A DNA stretch of 59,651 nucleotides. Origin: Lama guanicoe. Taxonomy: Eukaryota. The stretch is taken from the NCBI GenBank assembly GCA_013239625.1, contig MU054163.1:62001-121651 (forward strand), read 5' to 3'. A model generated the notes under the pieces. That model saw only the letters and a list, made by a program, of their open reading frames with translations. It was not told the origin of the DNA and searched no databases. A program made the translations under genes and the position numbers. Of the stretch, positions 26,641 to 39,719 are shown piece by piece. Within the stretch, counting starts at the first letter, position 1. Every line of letters starts with the position of its first letter.

Positions 26641-26736
26641 GGGGAAGGGTGTAGCTCAGTGGTAGAGTGCATGCTTAGCATGCACGAAGTCCTGGGTTCA
26701 ATCCCCAATAACTTCATTTAAAAAAAGAAAGAAAAA
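26641..26736 (+). mobile_element. tRNA-Ala(AGC)-derived SINE (Vic-1-like, camelid)
   Basis: gggtgtagctcagtggtagagtgcatgcttagcatgcacgaagtcctgggttcaatcccc followed by an A-rich tail. Confidence 0.85.
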
Positions 26737-29700
26737 GCTTTGAGCGTCTCAGCGTTCTCACATGCAGGTGGGTGGCCCTCCAGTATGTGGTGCTGCTTAC
26801 CAGAGTTGCAGGTATCTGAGTCAGATGTTTCCTGTGAACCTTATTCCCCTCTATAAAAAATAAAAAACAACTACTCTCATTCCTTTTGTATTTCTCATCA
26901 TAATTTGCATTTGGGAGGAGTTCAGTAAATGGATGTTCTTAATGCTGTGTGAGGTGGGGCATTTAATAGCTGTAGTTGGAACCAGAGCGTTCTCTTTCTT
27001 TCCTAACCAGCTGACCAGTTTTCATTGGAAAACCCCCTTTGGAGATCTCATCGACTTGCACTCAGAAGAGACGCCATGATGGGTGCTTTTATGCAAGTCT
27101 TTGATGCAGCAGAATTCTCTTCAGAGTCTGTGGGCATCTCCCCAAGAGCATGGGGAGGAGTCGGGAAACAGTGTTTTCCCTGCTGCCTGTATTTCCTGTA
27201 CTTTCAGGTGGGAGGTTCACAGCTATAGATCTTTTCAAAAGGCTATAAGAACCATCTCTCACTCCCTTGATTTGGCTTCAGCAGCTGAGGCTCAGGGTGT
27301 TTGAGCGACTTGGCGAGACAGGCAGTGAGCTAGGGCTCTGCCTCTCCTTGTGGTGCCCTCGGCCCTGCACACACGCCTTCCCTAGCCACGTTCCTCTTCC
27401 TCATTACACACCTTTCCAAGGTCTGTACTTCGGAAACCCAAGATGATACTTTGGCAGGAGAGGCATCACGAGTGGACTGAGCGGCCAGCTAGCCCCTGAG
27501 TTGCACCATTGCTGACCCCAGGGTGGAGTGTGAGACGCAGCTGTGCAGGGGCAGGAAGGGAAGGGGTGACAGGCACCCTCAAAGGGGGAGGGAGCCAGTA
27601 CTGTCACCTTCCACAGGAGGAGAGAGGAGGGCTTCTCACTAGATTCAGGGTGGCTTCCTGAAGGAGGTGGCACCGATCCTGGCCTTAACTCTGGGAGATT
27701 TGGACATGCTGGGGTGGAGAAAGTTCTTTTCAGGCAGAAGGAGCCAGGTGTAGGGTGTATACAAGGACCAGGAAGGGAGGGTATATGACACGGAGGAGCA
27801 GGTTGACTGTCGCTGGGGTGTGGTATGTTGTGCTAAGGTGTCAGGGTGCTATGGAGGGCAGAGGGCTTAGGGGAGACCTCAGCACCAGTGTGTAAGCAGG
27901 GTGGTCTGTGCAGATTTTGCAACATTAGTTTGTTTTCTAAGAGCAAAAGAAAAACCAAAGACGAGGAGCAAGCAAGAGAGTGAGTTAGGATCACAGTCCT
28001 AGAAGATGAGCTCTGAATTGTCCTGACGTATCTAAAGTTGTGCTTCTAGGGTGCTTGCTTCTGTATCACAAATGAGTAAAAGAAATACTCTGTACCCTAG
28101 TTTTATGTCTGTGTTCATTTTAGGTGTGTCAGCCATTTGGGGAGGGGTGTCAGTTCAGGTCTTTGAGTCTCTTTTCCTGTCAGGGCAGAAGGTTCTATAC
28201 CGAGGTCCGGTGTTCTGGAGGAGTGTCTTCTCCTGGAAGACAGATGTGGTGGCCACCAGCCCTTGAGGTGTGAGGAAGGCGCCCTGTGTGGTGGGGCTGG
28301 CAGTCTTGAACTCTGGGTGAGTTGGCAGTGTGATACCAGGAGGTGAAGAAGTGCCTCTCGATCCCATGCCAGGTGAGGGCCCAGAGAGCGAATCTGTAAA
28401 CCCAGAGGGCCTTTCGTGCCTGCTCAGCCCACAGTTGCAGACTCACTGCAGTGGGACGTTGCAGGTGCTGCTCCAGGCTGTGCACTGCTTGTGTCGCCTT
28501 TGTTTCCTCCTCAGTGTTCCCTGGGTGTTGTCAGTTACAGAGTCGTGGTGCAACTCTGAAGCCTGTGACTTGTTTATTGTGTGTCTTTCTCTTTTTCCCT
28601 GTGGAAGACCGTCTCATACTCCTAACAGTTCACCTTGCTGTGAGTGTCTCGGCTCCTGGCTTCTGGAGATGACCTGAGAAGCCTTCTGGAGTTTTGCAGA
28701 GAGACCCCCGAGCTCCAGTCTGCCCACTGCTTTGCCCAGGTTATGTGATTTCTTTGGCTGTCACGTGATACGTGCAGCCTCCTAAAAGGCCGTGAATATT
28801 GAAGATGAAGTCTCTGCCGCAGTTCGAATCCCTAGCTGTCAGGATATGAGTGTTTCTTTCTGGAATGGTCTCTTGAACCCACTCTTCATCCTGGTGATAT
28901 TTGATGTAACTTTCTTTAAATGTCACTAAGTATTTGTCATGTCCTAGGTATGTTAGGGTGTATGGCTCTGCAGAGAGCACCCCCAGAGCCCCCACAAAGG
29001 GATGCCCTTGGCTCTGGCTGGAGCCTTCAGCACTGGCCTTCGAGAACGAGAACTGTGAAATGATACTTTCCTTATTTGCACGGTTCCCATTCACTTGACA
29101 TTTTCCTCCCAAGTACTCCAAGTTCCTCTTGATTTCTGAGTTGAGAGTGCTTTCTGTTTTATCCTAGTAGTCAGCCATGAGGAGATAGTTGGTGGTTTGT
29201 GGGGCAGGAGGGAAGTGTGTGGTCGTTCTCAGTGCTGGGGGTGGGGTAGGGCAGACCTTGCTCATTCTTGCTGGCACGAGCTCGATCATCCTCGGTTACC
29301 AGGGCGCTCTCCTTTTTCTGCCAGTATTACAGGTGGAAGAAGGCCCGTATCTTCTTCTGCTGGTGCCTCAAGCATCTCTGGAAGTGGAGGCAGCAGCGAG
29401 CAGAAGCTCCTCCTGCAGGACGTGGCTGAGCTGATCAAAACTGGAGCCTGCCGGAGGGTGGTGGCCATGGTGGGGGCCGGCATCAGCACCCCCAGCGGCA
29501 TTCCAGACTTCAGGTGCTTGCAGCAACCCCGTCACCTCCGCGTGCGCTCCTCCCCCGCTGTGGCAGTTTTCTCCACCTGCCTGCTCTCTTCTGAAGGGCT
29601 CAGAGCCTGTTGCTTCCCTCTGCAGGTCTCCAGGGACTGGCTACTACAGCAGGCTGCAACAGTACAAGGTCCCCTACCCCGAGGCCATTTTCGAGCTCGC

Positions 29701-31444
29701 ATTTTTCTTTCAAGATCCCAAGCCATTTTTCACCTTTGCCAAGGAGCTGTACCCTGGGAACTACAGGCCCAATGCCACGCACTACTTCCTCCGACTGCTT
29801 CACGAGAAGGGGCTGCTTCTGCGGCTGTATACCCAGAACATCGACGGGCTTGAGAGAGGTGAGGCCTGCCTCCAGCCCTCCTCTCTGTCCTGCGAGGGGT
29901 GTGGGCGCCTGCTTCTGCACAGGGCTGCGGCCCCGCGCTTAGTCCCCATTCTTATGACTGGTTTCAAGCCCAAAACTTATGCCTCTGTCCCCAACAAAAA
30001 TGCCCAGAGTATCAGTGTTGGGGCCTCATTCTTCTGGGCTGTGAGTTTTGAATAGGACCAGGGTTGACATTAGGAGCTTCTAGTTTTGCTGATCTGATCT
30101 GATGATTTCTTTTTTAAAATTTTCATTATGGAATTTTCTGAGCACACAGAAAGAAAGCGAGGACTGTCATGAGCCCTCATGTCCTCATCACCGCACCATG
30201 GCCTGTCCTTGTTTAGTCTGTGTCTGACTCCTACCTTCTCTCTCACCCCTAGCTACTTTGACGCATGTCCCTCTCATCATAAACTTAATCTGTAAAGACA
30301 GCAAAAGGGCTCTAAAACACAACCATGACGTCACTAGCACACAGAGGAACCACTGACAGTTCCTTAAGATCATCACATGGGCTGTATGATTGCTTCTTGA
30401 CTGTGTCTAGATGGTGGCCACAACCAGCGATTCAAAGGGCATGCTGACCTCTGGCCATGTATCTCAGAGAAGCATTTGTAGGGGCTTTTTCTTACGTGCA
30501 GTGAATCTGACAGGTGCTAACAGTCAACTCCTAGCAAGCCAGCAGCAGCTTAGCCAGGCTGCAGGTATCTTGTGATTTGAAGAAAGGAGTTATCTTGACT
30601 CCAGGAAAATGTTTATTTGCCAGAAGGGTTCTACAGCCTGGAGCCCCTTGCGCAGCAGTGAGCACCTCATGGGGAGGCGGGAGAGTCTGGCTGTGAGCTG
30701 CAGTGTGTGTGAGCTAGGACAGTCGTGGGGACAGTGGGAGTTCACTGGTCTGTATGTGCACGGCCTTTCAAACGCTGATAGTGGTAATAGAACTTCCATG
30801 ATTAAGTTACCTTTTGCCTGTTTTTCCACAGGATTTTGGAAATGGATTTATGTTATTTTCCCACTTTTACTTGGTGTCTATAGAATAGAAAATGTTTTCC
30901 TGGTACTGGGTGTAATTTTATCTGAACTTACATCAGACGTCCTTTGTGCTGTGTTTTCACAGGCTTCGTCTCACTTGTGATTTGGCTCCATGTCGGAGCC
31001 TGTGCTTATTCTGATGAGTGGGAGTGTCATCTGTAGTGATAGAGGCAGGGTACCACTTACACTGAGGGCTGTGACTCCTTCTGGGGGGCCTGCCCAGCCC
31101 AGAGGTCAGGCTAAGGGGCCGTGTGCTCACCCCAACAGGCAGCAGCACTTAGCTTTGGTTTGAATTTCAGCATCTGGCATCCCTGCCTCAAAGCTGGTTG
31201 AAGCTCATGGATCCTTTGCCTCTGCCACCTGCACCGTCTGCCGAAGACCCATCCCAGAGGAGGCCTTTTGGGTGAGTTGTTACGCTGACAGTTCCCTCCC
31301 GCACGCACTTCTCACTGGGAGTAATCTGGAAAAGTGGCATTTTAAAAAGTGTTATGTTGGAAGGACAACAGCAGCAATACCGTGAAAATGTTTTTCTTTA
31401 TTTTTAAATTAGAAAAGTAATACATACTTGTAAAAATTTAAGGT

Positions 31445-31632
31445 GATACAAACAAGTATTTACTGTATAGCACAAGGTACTATATTCAGTATCTTGTAAT
31501 AACCTATAATGGAAAAGAATTGAAAACCAGGATGTAGGTACATGCATATACACATGTATCACCAAATCACTGTGCTGCACACCTGAAACTAACACAATAT
31601 TGTAAATCAATTATACCTCAGTTTTTAAAAAG
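31445..31632 (+). mobile_element. Cetartiodactyl-type L1 3' end
   Basis: tactgtatagcacaaggtactatattcagtatcttgtaataacctataatggaaaagaat..acacctgaaactaacacaatattgtaaatcaattatac. Confidence 0.85.
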
Positions 31633-32214
31633 TATGTAAGTCCTAACTCCAAGTACCTGTAAATATAACCTTATTGGACCATAGGATTGTTGCAAATTAA
31701 AAAAAAAATTAAGGCAATGCAGCAATACGTAGGGGGAAGTGAGTCTCCCTTCAGCCAGTTCCTATGGCCCACTTTTAACTGTTTGGTGTATAATGTTCCA
31801 GGGCTTGAAAAAAAGATATGCATATATAAATATACATGCACATTTCTGGGTACTTAAACCCACACACGATTACAATTTTTTAAAGAAATGATATCATTAA
31901 GATTAATATTGCACAACTTGCTCTGTCACCGAGCAAAATTTCATGGATATCTTGTGTCGATAACTACAGCTCTGCTTATTGCTTTTAGTCATTATAGAGC
32001 ATTGTGTTTAGCTGTTCACCTGCTGTGGGATATTTTATGATGTTTGTGATTTTTACTATTAAAAATAATACAGTCACAATACCCACGCTTACACCCCCAT
32101 GTACTTCTAGGAATGTTTGTGAACAGGATAGGTTTTTTTAAAGTAGAGTAGGACACAGTAAAAAATCTTAAATAAAGATGAAACTCTGAAATAGCAATGT
32201 GGCACAGGATCCTT

Positions 32215-33250
32215 TTATTTTTTTACTGAGGTGAAATTCACATAACATAAAATTAAGCATTTTAATGTATACAGTTCCTTGGCATTTAGTACATTCACAG
32301 GGCTGTGCAGCTAACTAACTAACCAACCTCTATTTAATTCCAAAATATTTTCATCACCCCGAGGAAAACCCTGTAACCACTTACCAGTCAATCCTATTCC
32401 CTCCCTGCCCCAAACCCCTGGCAACCACTGATCTTTTTACTGTCTCCATAGTTTTGCCTTTCCCAGAATGTCACAGAGTTGGAATCACACAGTGTGCAGC
32501 CTTTTCTCAGTGGCTTCTTTCACTTAGCAATGTGTATTTAAGGTTCCTCCATGTCTTTTCGTGGCCTGACAGCACCTTTTTTTTTTTTTAAGTCTGAGTA
32601 ATATTCCATTGTCTGGATGTAACTGTTTCTCCATTCACCTGCAAAAGGACATCTTGGTTGCTTCCAGATTTTGGCAGTTACGAGTAAAATTGCTATAAAC
32701 ATCCATGTGCAGGTTTTTGTGTGCAGGTTTTCAACTCCATTGGGTAAATACCAAGGAGTGTGACTGCTGGGTCATACAGTAAGACTGTTTAGTTTTGCTT
32801 GTGGACCTCAGGTTACACACCTCTGAGACCATCTCACACTCTTCCAAAGTGCAGCATTTTGTATTCCCACCAGTAGTGGATGAGAGTTCCTGTTGTTCCA
32901 CATCCTCACCAACACTTGGTGTCGTCAGTGTTCTGATTTTGGCCATTCTAGTAGGTGTGTAGTGACATTGTTTGAACTTGCAGCTTCCTAGTGAAATATG
33001 ATGTTGATCTTGTTTCTTGCTCATTTGCCATCTGTTTATCTTCTTTGGTGAGGTCTTGGGCCCACTTTTTAATTGGGCTGCTATTTTCTTGCTGTTGAGT
33101 TTTAAGAATTCTTTGTGTGTTCTGGATATCAGATGTCTTTTGCAAGTATTTTCCCCAGCCTGTGACTTGTCATCTTATCCTTTTGACACTGTCTCTCACA
33201 GAGGAGAAGTCTCTGATTTAATGAAGTCCAAAGTACTGTCTTTTTCTTTC
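32215..33250 (-). mobile_element. L1MB-like LINE-1 3' fragment
   Basis: Antisense L1 text: tgaggtgaaattcacataacataaaatt..ccctggcaaccactgatct..ggttgcttccag..ttggccattcta. Confidence 0.85.
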
Positions 33251-34285
33251 ATGGGTCATCTCCTTCCATGCTGCTGGCTATTCTGGGTCTTTTGCTCTCC
33301 AAATAAACTTTAGAATCAGTTTGTTGCTGTCTGTTCTCTGCACATTTTTTAAAGCCTTTCTCATTGTCTTTGAAGTTTTGCACTGTTACTGTGCTATGTC
33401 TCCATATGGATTTCCTTTGACTTCTTCTACTAAAATTTTGTAGAGCTTTCTGAATCTGTGGTTTGATATCTTTCATCTTTGCTGGAAAAATCCTCAGTCA
33501 TGATCCCTTCGGACACTGATTGCTCAGCTCACGTCCTATCCCCTCTCTGTGGACCTCACGGTGCATGTCTCGGAGGCCGTCTCGCACGTGCCCACATCCT
33601 TCCTCTCTTCAGCACGGTTGTGCCATGTTCCAAGTCTTTCTCCTGGTCTCCTTCCCAGTTTATCAATATTCTACTCTGTCATAGAGGATAAAGCCTCTCC
33701 ACTGAGCTTCAGGTTTTGGTACTCTACTTTTTGTTACTGGAAATCCTATCTGGTTCTTTTTCAAATCCACTGTGTTATTTTGTATAGCTTTCTATCTCGA
33801 ATAGCTATTTCAGCCTGCCTCTTTAAAAATTTAAACATAATACAGTTTTAGATGTGTACCTGATAGCATCTGAAGTCTCTGCATAGTCCACATCTTTTGT
33901 CGTTGTTTCTGCTGGTGTTTACTGGGCTAAGCCTGCAAAAACACATCCCATTAGCTGTAAAGGTTTCTCTTAGAAAGACAGGTGTCTTTCTCCTTAGTTT
34001 CCTCCTCTAATGTCCAGCCAAAGCATCAACCCAGGTGGAGCAGGATATAGTAAGAAGTGGTCTCTACTTCCCTTTAGCCTGCAAGGAGGAGGTCTGTGGA
34101 AAATGGTGTTCCTCATAACTCCAGCCAGTGAGTTGAGGCCGACCTGAATGTCTTCCAGGGCTAAGGTGATGTCATGGTTACTTCAGCTAAAATCAGGGAC
34201 AAATTTTATACCATCATTTTCATCGAATAACACTATTGTAGGCCAAATGCCTACAGAGTGCCTTCTAAGGACTATGTAATCAGTA

Positions 34286-34518
34286 CAGTTGTCCCTCGAA
34301 TGTGGGTTTGAACTGCATGGGTCCGCTTTTATGCTGATTTTTTCCAATAAATGTATACTCCAGGACCACACAATCCGTGGTTGGTTGAATCTGCAGGTGC
34401 GGAACCACGGGTATGGAGGAACCGTGTGTATGGAGGGCTAACCCTAAGTTCTGTGCAGATTTTCAACTGTGCTGAGGGCTGGTGTCCCTAACTTGCTGTC
34501 TTGTTCAAGGGTCACCTG
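34286..34518. mobile_element. Tigger2-like Tc1/mariner MITE
   Basis: Terminal inverted repeats cagttgtccctcgaa / ttcaagggtcacctg, preceded by TA. Internal gggtttgaactgcatgggtcc motif. Confidence 0.75.
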
Positions 34519-35109
34519 TGTTTCCTCAGCACTGAATAGCTTGAGGATTTCCCCAGGTGCAGAGCGTGGTGTTTAGTGCGGCAGATGTCGTGTGACATCC
34601 AGGGTTTGCTTTCAAATACTGCAGCCTCCCCTGAAGCCTGTGGGCGCTGTAGGAAGTACAGCTGGCAGAATGCCAGTAATTGCCGAGGCTGGGTCGTCAT
34701 GCCCCCGAGGGCTTTGCTATGCTACTGTCTTAGCTGCTGTGAATGTGACAGTTTCTCAAGAAGAAGTTGTCTTTGCCTTTTCCTTTTGAAGTGTGTTGTG
34801 ACGGTCTCCTTGGGCCCACTCTCCCTGTGTCCACAGGCTGAAGTGATGGCGGACAGGGTCCCCCACTGCCCGGTCTGCACTGGCATCGTGAAGCCTGACA
34901 TCGTGTTCTTCGGGGAGCTGCTCCCCAACAGGTTCTTGCTGCATGTGGCTGACTTCCCCATGGCAGACCTGCTGCTCATCCTCGGGACCTCCCTGGAGGT
35001 TGGTCAGCAGGCCCAGTGGTGCACAGAGCTGTGGAGAGGAGGCTAACGGGGCGAGGTGGAAGAGGTGGGGCTGGTGGGAGCTCTGGGGCCCTGCCTTTGG
35101 CAGGTGAGT

Positions 35110-35700
35110 GGATTCAACATGTGAAGAAGCAGGGTGTCCAGGCCTCAGGTGCTGCAGTCTGAGTGGGAGAGCAGGGAGGGGGGAGGATGCGCAGCTTCGG
35201 AGGTGTCAAAGTGTGGGTGGGCACAGTGTGTGAGAGGATGGGGCCTGGAGATGTGAGGTGGGAGCAGGCCTTGCATGTTGTACGTATCAAAGAGACGGGC
35301 TTTATGTGGAAGCAGTGAAACCAGGGGTGTAGGTGATCATCCTTGGGGTCAGAGAGACTCAGGGAGCAGGGGTTGAAGTGAGCAGATGTCCAGGGGTGGT
35401 GCACGGTCAGACTGTGTGGCTGTGAGAGATATTAGGGAGGGGAGCAGCCAGACTTGATGTCACTTGGAGGACCTTAGAGGGAGGTGTCTGTCTTGCCTGT
35501 GGGGGTTCAGGGCATTTGCTGGTGAGAAAGAATCTGGATGGGAGACGCCAGGTTCGGTTTTGCACATGTGGGTTTGAGGGGCCTGGGAGATGCATCTGGA
35601 TCTGAAGCTCAGGAAGTTTCTGAAGGATGTAGTGAATCCCTGCAATGGGCTGTGCCTGAGACATAGGCACCAAGGGGGCAGAAGGGCTAGAAAGATCTGC
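35110..35700 (-). mobile_element. L2 LINE fragment in SIRT3 intron 5
   Basis: L2-like antisense motifs (ggttcggttttgcacatgtgggtttgaggggcctgggagatgcatctggatctgaagctcagg). Confidence 0.5.
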
Positions 35701-38700
35701 ACTCAGGGCCCCAGCTAGCCAGACGCCTAGAGTTATCTGTTTTTCTAGCGAATCTGCTTGGTCTGTGCCAGGCCCTGTTCTCAGTGGTGCCCCCTGTGAG
35801 GGACCAGGTCCTTGCTCGCAGGGAGGGAGACCAGGCAGACGAGTCTTGTCATGCCGGCGGTGAGCTGGGAGAAGACAGTGTGGGTGGGAGGACAGGTGAG
35901 CTGAGGTGTAACTGCTGGCACTGAGCGCAGATGAAACTTTGCAGGGACTCGCGCAGGGGCAGGAGATGTAGAAGAGAAAGATGGAGATGGATGAGGGGGG
36001 CCTCAGGTGGCGGGCGGGGCCTGTGGGCCTGGGAGGGCGGGCACTGTGCTCCTCACGTTTGGGCGATTTTTCAGGTGGAACCTTTTGCCAGCTTGTCTGA
36101 GGCCGTACGGAGCTCAGTGCCCCGACTGCTCATCAACCGGGACTTGGTGGGGTCCTTGGCTAGGCATCCTCACAGCAGGGATGTGGTGCAGCTGGGGGAT
36201 GTGGTTCATGGCGTGAAAAGGCTGGTGGAGCTTCTGGGCTGGACGGAGGAGATGCGGGACCTCATCCAGCGGGAAACCGGAAAGGTACGGATGGCTGAGC
36301 AGTCACAGGAGGGGCCATCTTCTCTGCTGTGGGGCCTGGTCCACCTGGTATGGAGCCCTGTCTGGCTAAAACACTTACGGTGATAGGAAATGCTGCTGTT
36401 ACACTGTACCAGGCACTGTCTGGGGCCATCTTTGTACTTGTGAATCAGGTGCTGGAATTCTTACTAATCCCGTTTAGAGATGAAGACCTGACACTGTGTG
36501 CCTGCTCTGAGTGGCAGAGTCGGCATGAGGCTCTGGGCAGACAGGGCTGTCTCCTGCACACGTCACCCTTCAGCTGTCTTTCGTCTCCTAAGCGAGAGGA
36601 GGACCAAGCAGCTCCAGACTGAGGCGTGACTCTGAAGTTCTCTGAACCTGTGTGGGTTGATGCTTTTAGGAAATAATCAGTGGGAGAGCAGTTGACTTAT
36701 CCCCATCTTCTAAGGGTAGAAAGCCAAAGAGCCTTGACCTCTCTAGGTGCTAAACCTCCTATAAACAAGTGAGGTTATGGAAAACGCAGTTTCTTCTGAG
36801 AATCAGTTAGCATGGGTAGCCTTGATGTGGGGGGTTATTCTCTACAGGAGGCAGCATTAATCATTTGAAGTCTAGTTGTCTTAAAGAGATTGGTTTATGA
36901 TTACAGCCAGGTGTTAACACTGCTCAAAGTGGATCTCACCAGAATGCTGTAATTTATGTTCTATGGCCTTGGGAAACCTCCACCCTTCGGCTGTCACTGC
37001 CTCAGGGCTCAGGGCCATGGGTCAGCCCTTTTTCTCACCTCCACTGGCAAAAGCCCCCAGCCTCTGGCTACAGCTTGATTTCTTACCAAGTTGAACCAAA
37101 TTGAGAATACAAGGCTTTTAAGAATAGGACTCTGTGGTTCATGGTATTAGACATCATTGCCTTCCAACCTAGAGTTTGGCTCTTAGGGCTAAGATGCAGG
37201 CGGGTGCAGTTTCTCACTATGTGGAGGGGCATGAAGGCCATCAAAGGTCACAGTCGCCTTCTGGGTCCCTTAGTGGGAGCAGAGTCCAGCTGACACTTTG
37301 CTCCGGGAGAGGAGCAGCAGCAGAGGCCTCGCTCGCAGGGCAGTGGAGGTCTTGGTCAGGTCTGCCTGGCAGCTTGGCTGACTTCCTACTCCGTGTAACA
37401 GCAAGACCAAGTCAAGTAGCCTCTACAGAGTTTTTAGAAGTAGTCCTATAGGATTTGACCTGTGAAATCTTCCAGTTTCACGGAAGTTTGTGTGAAATGA
37501 GTTATGATTTTGGGGGTTTATTGTGAGTTGCTATCCAAGAGTAAACACTCAGGGTGAACTGCAGTCTCAGTTGGGTCACTCTTCCAGACAGTGAATGTCC
37601 TTGGGCATGAGAACCTCAGTACTGGTTCCTAAATGAAGCCCTACGTCTAGCCACCCGTTTTTACTCAGTCCTGATGGCGTTGTCTTAACTTGGCTGAACA
37701 GCAGCATTTGCACAGACAGAAGAACTTCCGTTTTATGGAACGTTCCATTGCAGGCCCTGAGATCTGCCCAGCTATGTTTTCAGTAACTGATTTCCTCTCT
37801 CCTTTGTGTTCTAGCTTGATGGTTGGGACACATAGGAGGGCTGCTCCCAACCAGAAATGGTTACATGAGAGTCACTGCCCACTTCTGATGAGAATTCGTG
37901 GCTGAAGAACGGCTCGGACAGGCTTACAAATTTTGGCTAAACTAGGACATGCGACCTGAGGCTGCCCCTGGAGGGTCTGCCCAGGTCATGAGCTCTGCGC
38001 ACTTGGGGCCACCTCAGCCACAGATGGGAAGGAGCTGCCTGATCTGACTTTTTGCTGCTTAACTTTTCATTCTGCTGAAATTCTTAATGCTGAAAAGCTT
38101 TCTTCTGATGGTGAACCTCTTGAACTCAGACTGACTGGAACCCCAGACTGGACCTCATCTAAAGGGTAAACTCTGTCCACTAGAAGAGACCCAGTCTTGG
38201 GCTGAGCAGCCCTGGTCACACCCCAGGTGTGGGGCTGGGTCCCAGGTAGTGTGCTAGGGTTTTCTAGCATGTTGCTCTTTTCAGTTTAGTTTGTCCTTCA
38301 TTTCTGGCATGAAATAAATTTTAATATAAAAATTGGGCATGTCTTCACTTTTGCCTCCTCAAAGGGAATGCAGGTGTCGACAGCGAATGTGGAAAGGGGC
38401 GCCTGGGGCTGTGTGGGTGTCTCCCCTCTCCTGGGATAGCCCGAGGGCTGAGAACATTTGTCCCTGGATTCATCCCGGAGTTGGGCACAGGCCCTTTGGA
38501 GCACCCGGCACCCCATACTGTGGGTAACCCTGTCTTGTCCTCTCTACCCTGATGCCTTTCATATCAACCTCTCCCCCCAAAATTCACCTGTTTCAGACCA
38601 TTCCAGCAGCATTCTGTCTCCCTGTCTCCACTCTCCCCAGCAAGGCCTTCTACCAATAATGCTACTAGAATTAACCTCTAAGACAGATGGCTTTACTCCC

Positions 38701-39719
38701 TTGGAAGCCTTGGCTGTGCTCAGGCCACACTGTTGTTGGGGCAGAACCTGCTGTGAGCTCCTTGCTTTTGTACAGGACCCCCCTGGGGCTGTCCCAAGGC
38801 CCAGCTCAAGTGGTACCTCCTAGGCAACCTTCCTGACCCCTGGCTCCTGCCCCGGTGCTCCCACCTTCCCGGCATCTTCTCTTCCCACTGGACGTCTGGG
38901 CTGGAGCCCACCTGGAGCAGATTTAACTGACGCCTCAAGAACAAAACACAAGTGTGGACATCTGGGGAAAGTGCTGAACTCTAAGAGCGAAGTTAATTCT
39001 TAATTCTGCTTGTGCCTATACTTGATATTTTACATGTATATTCACACACACACACACATTCTTGTCTGGAACTCTTTATTCCAGAATGATGTTTCTGTGA
39101 AGCTTGGTGGTACATGATAGAAGTCTAGACTTATGGTTTCAGAGGGGACATTTTCCTTCACGTATTTATGGTCTAAGCCAACGGGAAGGATTGAGATTCA
39201 ACTGCTACAACCAGTGAAAACTTGGGTGCTGAGTCAGGATCAAGGATGCAAGAGGCAACCAGCCCTGCACTCAATGGGGACAAAAACAGCAGCGCATACC
39301 TTGGAAGCGTGTTTCTGACATTAGCACATGAAGTTCCAGCAGGTCCTTTCCCCTGTCAAACGTGGCACCTGCCCGACACCAGCTCTGGGCCAGCAGGCCA
39401 GCTGTGGACATGCCTGCATCTGCAAGTGCCCATGCTCAGCCCTCGCCCTCCCAAATGCATGCTCATTCTGCCTTCAGTTAAGCCCTGCCCTCAGGCGCAC
39501 ATCAAGGCTGAGCTTCCCGAGTTATAGCAGGACAAGACCTTGCAGTGTCTTGCGGTCCTAGAGAGAAGAGAACGGACCAAAGGCGAATCATGGATAGAAC
39601 TTTGGGCGTAAAGAGAAAGGGGTCCCCAAGTTGGAGGGAGCGATGTGGCTTCCCTGGGGCCTCAAGGACACCTCTGGAAGCAGCACCAGTTCTGAAGGGG
39701 AGCAGAAGAGCGGCCATTC

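Noticed and set aside
26645..26716. tRNA-Ala(AGC) gene
   Set aside because: The 3' acceptor strand is degenerate (aataacttca), an A-rich tail follows with no oligo-T terminator, and a second decayed copy sits at 15176. This fits a SINE.
28741..29121. 126-aa antisense ORF and isolated B-box-like GTTCGAATCC (~28821) in SIRT3 intron 1
   Set aside because: TTG start, no recognisable homology, and no A-box or tRNA fold.
34999..36074. Counterpart of the human SIRT3 intron-5 VNTR enhancer
   Set aside because: No tandem periodicity is visible; the intron is mostly L2-like sequence.
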